From: Octopus bimaculoides
Lineage: Eukaryota
Assembly: GCF_001194135.2 (NCBI RefSeq)
Contig: NC_068995.1
Coordinates: forward strand, 34,569,312-34,633,311
Direction of reading: 5' to 3'
DNA: 64,000 nucleotides
Shown here: piece by piece, positions 27,218-39,910 of the stretch
Position numbering within the stretch: position 1 is the first letter of the stretch
How the letters are laid out: each line of letters starts with the position of its first letter
Translations under genes and position numbers: made by a program
Notes under the pieces: generated by a model
The model's input: the letters and a program-made list of their open reading frames with translations, nothing else
What the model was told of the DNA's origin: nothing
Databases searched by the model: none

Positions 27218-28258
27218 ATGGGCGTATGTATATGTGCGTGAGGCTGTCGTGTGTGTGTTTGTGTGCGTTCGTGTGCACACGCTTCCGTTTAGCAGTTGAT
27301 GTATGCTTGTTCGGTTGGTGTGTGCACGCATGTGTGAAACCCTGTAGTGTGCATACGTATTGTGCATGTTTTTGTGTGAAAGTTGTATGCGTTTATGCAT
27401 ACTATCTGAGTGTGTATATTGTATGTGTTCAGGAGGTTTGCACACTGCGCGTGCTTTTTAAAGTGAATAGTGTGTTGTGAGAGAGGGGTGGAAAGAGATA
27501 GGGTTTGGGAAGTGGGATTGGGCTGAGAGGAAGTGAAATAGGAGTGAGAGGAGGTGGGATAGGGGTGAGGGAGTGGGATAGGGGTGAGGAGGTGGAATAG
27601 GAGTGAGAGGAAGGTGAGTTAATGTTGACGGGAGTTAAAGGTTGGCAGATATTGGGTGCTAGTGTGTGTGGAGTGGGAAGGTGCGTGTGAATGCATGTGC
27701 ATGTAAGTGTGTGAAGGTGTGGGAGTGTTCATAATGGTCTGCGGTGTGTGTACTGAGTTGAACAGTGTGTTCGTATAGTGGCGTGTGTAGTGAGGATATT
27801 GGAGAGTGCGTGAGGGTGCGTGGATTATGGTTTTTTTGTGGGGGTAATGGGAGGTGCTGGGTGCTAGTGTGTATAGAGAGGAAGCTATGTGTGGGTGTGT
27901 GCGCAATGATGTGTGATGTAAGTTGAGCAGTGTGTTTGGGTGTTTGTACAGTGGTGTGTGGTGAGGGTACCTAGTTAGTCGGTGCGCAGGTGTGGAGGTG
28001 GAGGGAAGGGGCTGTTGAAAGTGGGAAGTGTGTGGGAAATTGTGTGGGGTTTGGTGTTAGATGAAGATAGGTAGCTTCTTCAGACCACAAGGAGGAAAGG
28101 AATGTAGGGAGAAGATTAAATCCTGTTCACAGCGAAGGCGGGAGTCCGGTTGGCCCCTGAGCAGAGAAAGTCCGAACATAGACATTTTGTAGCGAATGAC
28201 CAGGGCGAGAACCGGGTGTCATTGCCGAGTCTGATGTTTTGGAGGTGGTCTCTCTATC
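26440..28258 (-). mobile_element. Penelope-like element, 3' portion (GIY-YIG C-terminus, long CA-rich 3' region, pLTR with HHR)
   Basis: Minus translation DHLQNIRLGNDT...GHSLQNV/FGLSLLRGQPDSRLRCEQDLIFSLHSFPPCGLKKLPIFI* (stop 28059-28057), then low-complexity DNA, an HHR motif, and an end in TA-rich repeats. Confidence 0.75.
26629..26656 (-). ncRNA. Degenerate minimal hammerhead ribozyme motif
   Basis: Minus strand CTGTTGA-ag aacgttca ctt-GAAA-CG-TC; minimal stem III as in PLE HHRs, with a mutated core. Confidence 0.55.
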
Positions 28259-28276
28259 CTCTCTCTCTCTCTCTCT

Positions 28277-28322
<46 letters not shown>

Positions 28323-28851
28323 NNNNNNNNNNNNNNNNNNNNNNNNNNNNNNNNNNNNNNNNNNNNNNNNNNNNNNNNNNNNNNNNNNNNNNNNNNNNNN
28401 NNNNNNNNNNNNNNNNNNNNNNNNNNNNNNNNNNNNNNNNNNNNNNNNNNNNNNNNNNNNNNNNNNNNNNNNNNNNNNNNNNNNNNNNNNNNNNNNNNNN
28501 NNNNNNNNNNNNNNNNNNNNNNNNNNNNNNNNNNNNNNNNNNNNNNNNNNNNNNNNNNNNNNNNNNNNNNNNNNNNNNNNNNNNNNNNNNNNNNNNNNNN
28601 NNNNNNNNNNNNNNNNNNNNNNNNNNNNNNNNNNNNNNNNNNNNNNNNNNNNNNNNNNNNNNNNNNNNNNNNNNNNNNNNNNNNNNNNNNNNNNNNNNNN
28701 NNNNNNNNNNNNNNNNNNNNNNNNNNNNNNNNNNNNNNNNNNNNNNNNNNNNNNNNNNNNNNNNNNNNNNNNNNNNNNNNNNNNNNNNNNNNNNNNNNNN
28801 NNNNNNNNNNNNNNNNNNNNNNNNNNNNNNNNNNNNNNNNNNNNNNNNNNN

Positions 28852-29251
28852 TGTTTCAGTCATTTCATTGCAGCCAAGCTGGAGCACCGCTTTTAGTCGA
28901 ATAAATCGCCTCCAGGACTTATTTTTTGTAAGCCTAGTACTTATTCTATCGGTTTCTTTTGCAGAACCGCTAAGTTACGGGGACAGAAACACACCAATAT
29001 CGGCTGTCTTGTCAAGTGATGGTGGGGGACAAATACAGACATACACACTGACACCCCCCCCCCCGCACATATATATATATATATATACGACGGGCTTCTT
29101 TCAGTTTCCGTCTACCAAATCCACTCACAAGGCTTTGGTCTGCCCGAGGCTATAGTAGAAGACACATGCCCAAAGTGACACGCAGTGGGACTGAACTCGG
29201 AACCATGTGGTTGGTAACCAAGCTATTTATCACACAACCACCCCCTGCGCC
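28852..29251 (-). mobile_element. SINE family A, near full length
   Basis: Minus head ggcgcagg...ggttgtgtgataaatagc...ggttccgagttcagtccc, internal (CA)/(TA) tract, and 3' half ending gactgaaaca at the gap. Confidence 0.92.
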
Positions 29252-30160
29252 TATATATACCTACACATACGCATATGTTTAGATAAAGTCAATTTTGAAA
29301 ATAACAATAAGACTGAGTTTATCCCAGTTTCCAATGAGTGTTAGTGTCTGAGTGCACAAGACTTATCTCTTCGGCAAAGTGTCATTTCTTCAGAAGGCGA
29401 ACTCCACTCCAGATACTGCTGGTACTCATTTTAAATGACTAGAGAGGAGGCGCAGGAAGTCACTTGTTCCAAGAATCGAGATGAACACCCAAATTATCTA
29501 CCAAGAGGAACTGAGACATTTGTATCATAAAGTTATAAGCTTAATTGTAAATTACATTTCATAATTACTTTTTTGGAGCCAAAATATTGAAATATTTGGG
29601 AAAAATTTTCATTCTTGTATTTCGTCCTTGACCGTAGAGGTTTTGTAAGTTGTTTGCGTTTTGCAATGTCTGTAACTGCAAGGATATTTACTAACACTGG
29701 ATCAGCCGGATGAGTTGTTCATAGATATAATTTCCTCGAATTTTAAATGCGCTCAAACTACACTGATTTTGATCATCATTGCTGATGAGAGAAGTTTCAA
29801 GTGTATGGTTCTTTTCTGCATATTGTTTGCATGTCTCACTTTGGTTTTCTCTACAAGTGCGTGCGCGCACACATACACACACATGCGTATACATACACAT
29901 CTAATTTTTCACCTTCAAAAACCTACGATTCTCGAATATCTCCCTTTATATAAAAGGAAAGTATTCTACGTCGTTGACAAAAACACAAGCCATAAGCTCG
30001 CAATCTACTACCTAAAAACCTTTTGAAAATATCATCGGTATTACAACTAACAGCTACAAAATATCATCAGTTCTAATTGAATGAACATTTTCCCCCTAAT
30101 GAAAATTAAACGAAATTCTAACACTAGAAATAGCAAGCTTTTCATTTCCTAAGATATAAT

Positions 30161-30375
30161 AGTTTCAAATTTTGCCATAAGGGCAGCAATTTTGGAGGAG
30201 GATATGAGTCGGTTACATCGACACAAGTGAACAACTGGTACTCATTTTATCGACCCCCAAGGGATCAAAGGCGAAGTCGACTTCGACGGAATTTGAACTC
30301 GAAACATAAAGACGGACGAAATAACACTAAGTATTTTGCTTAGCGTGCTAACGATTCTGCCAGCGCGCCGGTCTG
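30161..30375 (-). mobile_element. SINE family B with 17-bp TSD
   Basis: Reverse-complement family B body. TSD atttcctaagatataat at 30144-30160 and 30376-30392. Confidence 0.9.
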
Positions 30376-30683
30376 ATTTCCTAAGATATAATGAGACGTA
30401 AATCAGACCCAAAAGTGTCACATTATTTAGCATACAAAGTCTCGTGTTTAAAATGTCCTAGCTCTTTGCAAAACGTTCAGATCTATACTCCAGACCATGC
30501 TGTGTGCACAAAACTTATCCTACGATATTTGTAAGTCAAAATAAACTTGACCCAATAAGCGTACTATTGGTTTAAACTCATCTCCTTTCTACTTCTGTAT
30601 CTCTGCTGCCAATCATCAACCAAATCACTAAATGAATTCTGTTTTGTAACGTGCACTGCATTGACAATGTGGTCTCAGATATA

Positions 30684-30920
30684 GTGGAGGCGCGTGGCTT
30701 AGTAATTAGAGTGTTGGACTCGTGATCGTAAGATTCTGGTTTCGATTCGTGGGCCGGACGACGAGTTGTGTTCTTGAGCAAAACATTTCATTTCACGTTG
30801 TTCCAATCCACTCAGCTGGCAAAAATAGGTAATCTTGCGACGGATCGGCGTTCCTTCCAGCTGGAGAATATATAAGCGATGAAACGAGGAATCTGGCCCT
30901 TGTGACACGGTATGACTTGT
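30684..30920 (+). mobile_element. tRNA-derived SINE, family C-related
   Basis: gtggaggcgcgtggcttagt...ggtttcgattc...ttgtgttcttgagcaaaacatttcatttcacgttg. Confidence 0.8.
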
Positions 30921-31378
30921 GAAGGTAAATTTAACTTTACTTCAGATATCCATTACCTTGTGACCGGACCATTATTGCAAAGAGAATCTATCTTCATTTT
31001 GGTGTCACTATTTCAAATACACATTGGAAATATCAATGGAGGGAAGTCCGTCAGATTTATTAGCGAGCGTACATATTAACTTGATAGAATATAGAGCATT
31101 TATTTTTATTATTAAGTTTTTTTATTCATATACAAATGGCATTCTAATGCTCCTGTCTGTTGGTATAGAAACAGCATAAATGACATGTTCATCGACAATG
31201 ATGGCCATATAAACTTTCAAATCGAACATATCAATAACACCGGATCTCTTAAATTTAAGTAACTATAGAACTGTTTGAATTTGGTATTCATTAATAACGA
31301 CTTCCACAGAAGGTTAGCTCCACACCTCTAGTTGTGCATTAAAGATCAGTCTTGTTAGTCAGTGCTAGAGCCACTTAC

Positions 31379-31404
31379 GTTCGGAATGAAATATCACGTA
31401 TCGT
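31379..31404 (-). other. Candidate 26-nt exon
   Basis: Minus strand cttgtttatttcggcatttacag|ACGATACGTGATATTTCATTCCGAAC|gtaagt; both splice signals are strong. Coding status unknown. Confidence 0.3.
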
Positions 31405-32639
31405 CTGTAAATGCCGAAATAAACAAGGTATAGAAGTGCACAACAAGCTAATTCAAAATGATGCAAATAGATAACGACTATCTTTTATCATACAACCGAC
31501 ACTGGCGTGATATAAACTTCAAAAGAAATTTAACACTTTCAGCAGCAGTAGTAGCTAAGACTGCAACGATATTAGTGATGCAGTCCACTAAATCGGTTCA
31601 ATGGAACTGAATATATTACTGGCCTACTGGTGCATTCTTGGTTTCCTTTCAGAAGAAGACTAGTTTGGGAATGGACCCAACAACTGTAACAATATATACA
31701 CAATGATTAAGAACACCCTCAACAATGTAGTTTTGTTTTAACGAGATACATAGTGTAACGCATAACATTTAATAAAATGTCTGATTTTACATTCTAAGTA
31801 CAGTTCGCCAACTAAACATCTGCGTCGAAAAACACTGTTATGAAAATGTTTCTTCTGTTACAAGAGACTTCGGAAGATATCAAAACCAGGTTAGAACACG
31901 CGTCATCGGAACCACACATTTAAATGTAAATTATTTGGTTGTTTACGCTATGTTCTTATTAGAAAATTAAATACCACTACCAACTATAACAGCTGAAAGG
32001 GAATAAGAGTTCTGCGTTGGCTGAAACAAGTAAAAGATGGAGATGAAAGATATTTCGAGGAGGAATTGTTGGTATTTATGAAATATTTGGAGAAAATATA
32101 TTTCTTAACAATCCATTGGAATATGTGATTTTGATATCTATTGGGATATCATGGTAAAATGAGTAACTTATTGAAAAAATATTGTGCTTAATTTCATTTC
32201 AAAGACAAAATCGTATTCCAGCAAATCTAATAGCTTACATTTTCTCTGTATGTCTGGAGTTACATGGCTACTGACCAAATTTATATTAATTTTGTATTGG
32301 CTGCTGTGGAATAAAAAATAGGTTCTGATGACTGCGCGTTAATAGCTAAAAGCATACTTAGTATTTCTAGCGTTAAAATACTAAATTGGTCGGGTGTTTA
32401 ATAAATATACCCATTTATTAATTTAAAAATTGTACGCTTAGATTATTTAATTTAATAATGCTTTCCTATCTTAAATTAAGCTAATTTATGATGTTTATTT
32501 TAAATGTATTTTCTTCCTCTAAAACCGAGTTTTATTTCTTGCTTATATTTTATTACCTTTCACTATTCTTAGACATTTGTGTATTGAAGCATTGCTTCAG
32601 TGACGAAGACTATCAGCCTTCCCTAAACATAATTATTAT

Positions 32640-32836
32640 ATAATCTTTTCTACTCTAGGCACGAAGCCCGAAATTTTTGGGGAGAGGGCCAGTCGATTAG
32701 ATCGACCCCAGTACGCAACTGGTACTTAATTTACCGACCCTGAAAGGATGAAAAGCAAAGTCGACCTCGACGGAATTTGAGCTCAGAACGTAAAGACAGA
32801 CGAAATACCGCCAAGCATTTCGCCCGGCGTGCTAAA
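32640..32836 (-). mobile_element. SINE family B, slightly 5'-truncated
   Basis: Young-looking reverse complement: cttttctactctaggcac...gatcgaccccagtacgcaactggtact...gcccggcgtgctaa. Confidence 0.9.
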
Positions 32837-32971
32837 CTTGATTACTATATAAAGATTAAGCGAAATTTATTTTTTATTTTCTTAAAAGTAATTGAGAGCG
32901 GTAGAGATTTCGGTTGCAAACACTAGCTTCTCTTCATTCATTGAAGTGGGTGTTATAATCATTGGAATTCG

Positions 32972-33006
<35 letters not shown>

Positions 33007-33010
33007 TTAC

Positions 33011-33043
<33 letters not shown>

Positions 33044-35858
33044 AGCTGAGTGTGTATGCACATAAATATGCACATACATACACACAAACACACACACACA
33101 TACACACATACTAAGCTTGTGATCAGATCAAATCTCATTATTTCTTCAAAAAGTTAAGAAAAATACAAAATCTATATTTACACTGATTTAGTTATCTTTT
33201 TAGAAGAAAACTATTTAAGTGTTTGCTTAATCCTTACGGATGGGCTATATATAAAATATGTGGTAGAACAATTAACTACACTTAATCAGCGAAATATGTA
33301 GCATATGTGGTTCTGAAGGTAATTAATTTTACTACTTTAAACGTTTAGTTGTTGCAGAATAACGAATCAATATAATGATGATATATCTGTTAAGAAAGTG
33401 ATAGTTAATTCTCTCGGATATAATTGTATTATGGTCCTGAACATAGGTACGTGACTCACAGCAGCGTAACTTATAAATAATCACCGTCACCACATACAGT
33501 TATAGTTCCTCATAGTAACTTTTAAGGTGAATAAATAATTGCCTAATATTACGTTAAATTGATGTTCTGAGCCTATTTCTTCCTGACGAAATTGAAAAGG
33601 TAACAAGTAATTACTTTAATGTATTCTTATATGAATTTAATTGCTCAGTAGGCTCCAAGCACTTATAATCTAGTCCCTGTGGTGGGAATTCCGGACATAA
33701 TAACGTGGTCTCCATTTTAAAAAGGTTGAAAGTATTTCGTAGTTTGGTCGACTTTGAAAAATCATTTCCAATACATGGTACCAGAGAAGTCAAAATTATC
33801 GGTGGAATATACTTGGTTTAAGAAATCAGATATCAACATATTCAAATATTATTTAATTTGAGATTTTCGATTTTATTGACTTGATCTAAATTTCAGTAAC
33901 CCCTAGAGCGAAAGGAGCATTGTTTCAACCGTCTAGATTTCTATGCCTTCACTTTTCTATATTTATACTTTTGTTTTGGTAGGACATGACATGTAAGCTG
34001 TTATATCTAGCACATGACATACTATAGTACATTGAAATCTGAATTATTTTAAACCTAAGTCAGCTTCGTTGGGTAATATTTTTCCATAGGTGAATTTAAA
34101 GCATTTAACACGGATAAACGGCAAATTGCCGAATTAAAATGTGTACAATATTTAGTTTAATCTCACTAAATTTAGTTTAATTTCTCTGAATCGGTTTTAT
34201 ATTTGATTATTTCTTTGTTAATAAAATACATACCACTAATATACTGGTGCCAGCTCAATTGATTATAATGTTTATTAGATACTTAACTGTTAACATCATT
34301 CTTCAATAAGCTGAGTTGAGAACCTACAGAGTTGGGGCAGATATTATTTTCCAGGTTCTCAAGACTGACGTAAAGTCCCGAGTACTTTCAACATATTTTT
34401 GTGTCTTTTAAAAAAAGGATAAAACTATTAAAATGCTCCGTTTTCAAACTGATTAACATTAGGTTCCATTCATTTGTAATGTAAACGGTGATTATAGACA
34501 TTGAAAACTCAACGTAAAATGATTTTGACACCCCCCACCACCTTTTCATGCACGCACATTGAAAATTCTTTTCCCAGCTTTTGATATATTTCTTGTTCTT
34601 TCAGGCAATCTGTTATGCAGGGATACTATATCAATTGTTGTGTAATAGCTTTCCTCTGTTTTGACGATAATAACCACTGGTCTTTTTGACTTGATCACTT
34701 GATCACATTGAATGTTGAAATGTTTTTCTTCTACCCCATTAGACTAATGCTCTTATGAATTCTATACAAATTATAAGTTTTACATGGTTTCCTCTGAACA
34801 ATGTTTGCATTGCAAGATGGAGAAGCAGCATTGTACATATTGTTCTAATGAACAATATTTGCAATGTCGTTTCTCCGACTTAAATCCCTTTAATTCATCG
34901 ACAGAGAAACATTGCCCAACAAAGCTGTTTTAGCTTTAAGTCACTTGAAATCTATATCGTATGGAAGGCCATATGCTACATATAGTCGTTAACATATATC
35001 TTTCTCACAAACCATAAATAAATTGAAGTGAAAGCATATCAATCAGTTTCTGAAAACAGATTAAGGTTGGCTGAAACAATGCTCCTATCGTTTATTATAT
35101 TTGTGTAATTTTATCGCATTCGTTCATTATGTGGTTAATGCTTTCATCATTTCCAACATAAGAGTAATTCAACATTCTTATCAACGTGACATTTCAGATT
35201 AATTCGTTCTAAGTGTTTTTTTTCTTCTTTATAACGAACAAATTAAGGTATCACTTCCAAACTTTTAGGATCTGTTATTTACATTCACTACCACGCCTCT
35301 TCAGCCACACCGTCGTCCATATTACTAAAGAAAACTACACAGTTTTTCCGCTGTTTTCCACAGCTCTTTCACTTCCCCATGTCTCTTTTACTTCCATTTT
35401 GATCCTTATGATTATACTTCTCCACCTCAATGGATGCATTCTGCATCCATCCGGCCAAGCACTTTTACTCCAACCAACAACAATTCATCTCTGATAATTT
35501 TCTGTTCTTTCAAATTACTTACAACAGATCGATACTTTTCGTCCATTTATTTTTTCCTGTGTATATAAGGTCTACGAATGTTACTCTTAGAGTTTATTGC
35601 TTCGTTTATTGTCATCGATTTCCGTATCAATTCACACATTGGCCGGATGATATGGTAGATATATTTTGACAATAACGGCAACAAGATCTTTCTTTCGATA
35701 TCTAGCAGAGAGATCTCTCGAAACTGGTTAGGTTTTACAGAGTTTTCTTTGTTGAGACAAAACAGCTATCAACAGATGTCCCTGCTTTTTCCAGATCGAA
35801 TGTGAAAATCTTGTTAGCTTTCTAAGCAACAGGTGTCAATTTTTGTAAATCCTATATA

Positions 35859-37132
35859 CGAGGGGTGTATGAAAAGTCTTGAGCCTCAAAAAACAAAACA
35901 AAACATAGTACAAGACTTCTGATGATTTAGTTTTTCAACATAGTCCCCCTCAATGGCTGAATAGTTTCTCTAGCGGTGCTGAAGTGCCGTTATCCCGGCG
36001 TAGAGGAAATCTTTTGTTTGAGACTCCAAGACACTTCCTACAGCGTCTATGACGTCATTGTCACTGGCAAGATGGCGACCAGCCAGAGCTTTTTCATTTT
36101 AGGGAATAGATGAAAGTCAAAAGGGGCTAAGTCTGGTGAATAAGGTGGATGGGGAACAAGTTCGTATCCACAATCACGAATTGTTGCCATGGCAACGACT
36201 GAGGTGTGGGCTGTAGCATTGTCGTGATGAAAAAAGACTCCTCTGTTGAGTATTCCCGGCCTTTTTTCTTTGATTGCTTCTCGGAGGCGTTTCAGTAGCT
36301 GGGAATAATACAGCCCTGTCACGGTGTAACTCTTTTCAAGGTAATCGATCAGCAAGACACCTTGAGAATCCCAAAAACCTGACGCCATGACTTTGCCAGC
36401 TGAAGGAATGATTCTGGCCTTCTTTGGGGTAGGAGAAGATGTGTTCTTCCACTGCTTTTATTGTTCTTTGTCTGGTTGTGATGAACCCAACTTTCACCCA
36501 TAATGATGAAACGAGCAAAAAATTCTCTTCATCGGCTTCAAACAGTTCCAGGTTGCTCGTGGACAAAGTGCACCTGGTGCATTTCTGTTCAGGAGTCAAA
36601 AGGCGAGGGGCCCACTTTGCAGAAACCTTTAAGAACACAAGTTCTTTTGTCACAATGTTGTCTGCTCTTTCAGTTGAGATGCTCAGTCTCTCGGCTATCT
36701 GATGACATGATATTCGACGATCTTGCATTATCATACCAAGAGCAACGTCAATGTTGTCCTCAGTAGTTGCAGTTGGAGGTCTCCCTGGTTGGGATCATCT
36801 TCCACACTCTCCCTGCCACGCTGGAATTCATTTACCCAGCGTTTGACTCTTGTATATGAAGAAGCATTGTCTGTTAAGGTTCTCACCATATCGTCATGGA
36901 TTTCTGATGGAGTCATGCCTTTCAAATGAAGGTACTTTATGACAGCACGATACTCAGTTTTCTCCATTTTCCTTGTAACCTCGACACTTGTTTATTCAAA
37001 AATCTGCAACAAAAAAAATTAAAATATCAGAATCATGACAATGAGCAAGAATACTCCGAAAAAACTGTACTTACCAGAAAAAATTGTTTCAGCCCCGTTT
37101 CTAGGTTAGGCTCAAAGCTTTTCATACACTCG
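35859..37132 (-). mobile_element. Mariner DNA transposon 1 (1274 bp)
   Basis: TIRs cgaggggtgtatgaaaagtcttgagcct and aggctcaaagcttttcatacactcg (3-nt indel), with TA on both flanks (35857-35858, 37133-37134). Confidence 0.95.
35927..36967 (-). pseudogene. Mariner transposase pseudogene
   Basis: MEKTEYRAVIKYL..., WAPRLL, IMGESW (first catalytic D mutated to G), HHDNA, HPPYSPDLAPFDFHLFP; several frameshifts and stops. Confidence 0.95.
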
Positions 37133-37507
37133 TATGGCGCCAGATTCATAGTTTGAGAAATAAAGAAAGGGTTTTCATTCTTTAAAACGTATTGAATATA
37201 CTTCAGAAGAAGTCATAAAATAGTTCAATGTAAATGTTTGGAGGATGCTCTAATAATATTTACAGATCCTAGTATGTTTTTTTTAAGAAGAGGCGTGTCT
37301 TATAAGTAATCTGTAGCGGTTGTGTTTCATTGTGTAGTATCAATCTGAATTGGGATAGTATAAGTTTTCACTTCAACAGCTTGGTTCATCAAACTTCTTC
37401 GCTTATAGTGATCTTCTGAGTCGTTAGGTTTTACTATATCGTTTATTAGTACAATATTGTTATTTTTCCATTGGTTTATATGCAATATGTCGTGGTCTGT
37501 CTATATA

Positions 37508-37770
37508 GTGAGGACGCGTGCCCTAGTATTTAGGGTGTTGCACGCACGTTCGCGAAATTGTGGTTTCGATTCCCAGTGAGGGTGGGGCGTTGTGTTATTG
37601 AGCAAATCACTTCATTTCACGTTGCTGTGCGATAATTTCGACATCTGACGTGTGGTCACCTTGCACCATACAGGCAATGTCGATTTGATGGAGGGAGTGA
37701 GCTCATGTACAGCATTAAAATGTGAACGCTATAAGAAAATCATCTGTGTAGGTTGTTCAGTGAGAAATTA
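37508..37770 (+). mobile_element. SINE family C
   Basis: Head gtgaggacgcgtgccctagt...ggtttcgattccc; body homologous to 9251-9520. Confidence 0.82.
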
Positions 37771-37914
37771 CGGAGCTGTCTTCCTCGGACTCGAGAGATT
37801 ACCAAGAAAAGTCTCTCTGCTAAAATTCTATAGTTTTTTTTTTTTTGCATTATCCTTTTTTTAGGACCACAGGCTTTTTGAAGGAATTGAAATCAGATCA
37901 CCGAGAGTTCTTTT

Positions 37915-37976
37915 ATGTTACTAGCAGGCTGTTACGTTGATCGGATCAACTGGAACCCTCGTCGTCGTAATCAACG

Positions 37977-38041
<65 letters not shown>

Positions 38042-38050
38042 CTAGTAGTA
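37915..38050 (+). mobile_element. Orphan 3' end of family D SINE or its partner LINE, with (AGT)n tail
   Basis: gcaggctgttacgttgatcggatcaactggaaccctcgtcgtcgtaatcaacgg matches the 3' end of 16910-17283 and runs directly into (AGT)n. Confidence 0.85.
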
Positions 38051-39146
38051 GTTATTGTTGTTGTAGAAGTAGTAGCTGCAGCAGGCCAGTAGAGCTGAGG
38101 ACCAAACATCCTGCAATGTTCTAACTTCAAACATAATCATACTCTATTTTGACCTTCGTCCTTCCGATACTTAAGTACGAAGGGGAGGGATGACGATCAT
38201 CCTTATCATTTCTGTTTTCTATTAATTCACTTGCCTCTAACAAAATATACATCACCTTCACATGTCCAAGTAATTGCATTATCCCTTTTGTGCATACTCG
38301 CGTTGTACATATCTAATTTAAGAAGAGGACCCTCTCTTTCTCTATAAAAAAAATGTGTGTTGTGTTTAGTAATGGTATTTGTCTGGGTGGATAGCTATAT
38401 GATTACTACAACACTCCTTTCTGTAGAAACTACTAAATCTTGATTCAGAAGAAGCGAATCTTTCTACATGCATTCCAGACTTCATACACTTTAACACTAA
38501 ATCATAATAATTTGATATCAGAGACTTCAAACACTTTCTAAGCATTGCGTTTGCCAGAAACAATTATTATGTCAATAAAGAGAATTATTTCTTAATTCTG
38601 TATTAAACAATCTCTAGATGTTTGCTTTTATATATAAATATTCATTTGCTCCGTCATATTCTAGAGTATTCTGGCCTCGCCATTCAATGGCAGTTTTTGT
38701 GTTGTTTATCAACAATTGTTAATGGATAGACTATGATTATTTGTTTAAGCCAGTGAAGGAGTCAGAAATGCTAGAAATAGCAGGCAAATCTCCATCAAAT
38801 AACACCACGATGTCTTAAAAGATGAAAGAAGCATTCAATAATGTGATCCTAAATACATTAAGAATGCTTAAAGATGAGGTGATTACAGATGGAGTGCATT
38901 TGATAATATGGTTATTTAATCAGAACCATCGTACAGAACGAAAGCTTACAGCGAACGAAGGAATCTCAACAATTTGGCTCGATCTCCATGAATTAATAGC
39001 CAAATCGCTCGCAAATCAAACTTGTTGAACTGTCTTCATTTATACTTCTATGAACTTACTAGGCTCTCCAATTGTCATTCTTAGTAAATTTTTATTCCTC
39101 CTCCTCCTCCTCCTCCTCCTCCTCCTCCTCCACAACACCAACAAAA

Positions 39147-39212
<66 letters not shown>

Positions 39213-39234
39213 GCTACTACTTCATCCTATTATC

Positions 39235-39830
39235 TTCCTTACTGAGTGAGAGAGCAACGCATTCCATCAAAGTGATACTGGCGTACAATTATACGAAGCC
39301 CAGTACACCCATCCTGACTACTCGTCTGATAAGGGTACACCAGGCACAGGCATCACAACCATATGTGTGTGACATAGTGATCTCATATCAAGATAAACAA
39401 CTCATGATCTTGCAGGTGGGACCCAGTTAGAATTTTCTTCAGGTTGAGCAGTCTACCCCGCTCAAAAGATCCCTGAATAAGGTTTGTTTAAGGATGTTGA
39501 ACGAAACATCCATGTTTCCAGAGGTGAATTATTGAAACCCCAAAGTATTCCTCCCAAAACATGGCTATGATGCTCCCCCACTACTTCTGATCGTGATCAG
39601 AGATGCACATACCGTCAACTACTAAGGGATATGTTCAACTGGTTAAGATCAGACAATTAATAAGCTAATCTGTGGTATTGAACAGAATATTTGCTGTAGC
39701 TCATCTGTTATACCAAGACAAAACAATGTACATGATAACACTTCCAATCAGTTAAGATCAAAAACAATGAAAGACAGTACCGGGTATTGCATCAGAGCAT
39801 TGAGGTATTCAGCAGAATATTTACTGTAAA
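39235..39830 (-). mobile_element. Interspersed retroposon-like repeat with (TAG)n tail
   Basis: Recognised from recall as a common octopus repeat. The minus-strand 3' end ctctctcactcag lies just before the (CTA)n tract at 39149-39220. Confidence 0.55.
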
Positions 39831-39910
39831 CCATCTGTTACACCATCCAGCCCATCTGTTATACCATGTTACCCATCTATTATATTATTATTATTATCAT
39901 TATTATTATT

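Noticed and set aside
21116-33992. Series of + strand microexon-like patterns (3154-3162, 21116-21128, 30481-30531, 33983-33992) and an AG|GT site at 8755-8758
   Set aside because: The number is near what chance would give in AT-rich DNA, and the joined peptides match nothing I recognise.
35859-37132. Domesticated or active transposase (either mariner, or the piggyBac)
   Set aside because: All three have frameshifts and stops; mariner 1 has lost its first catalytic Asp and mariner 2 its second.
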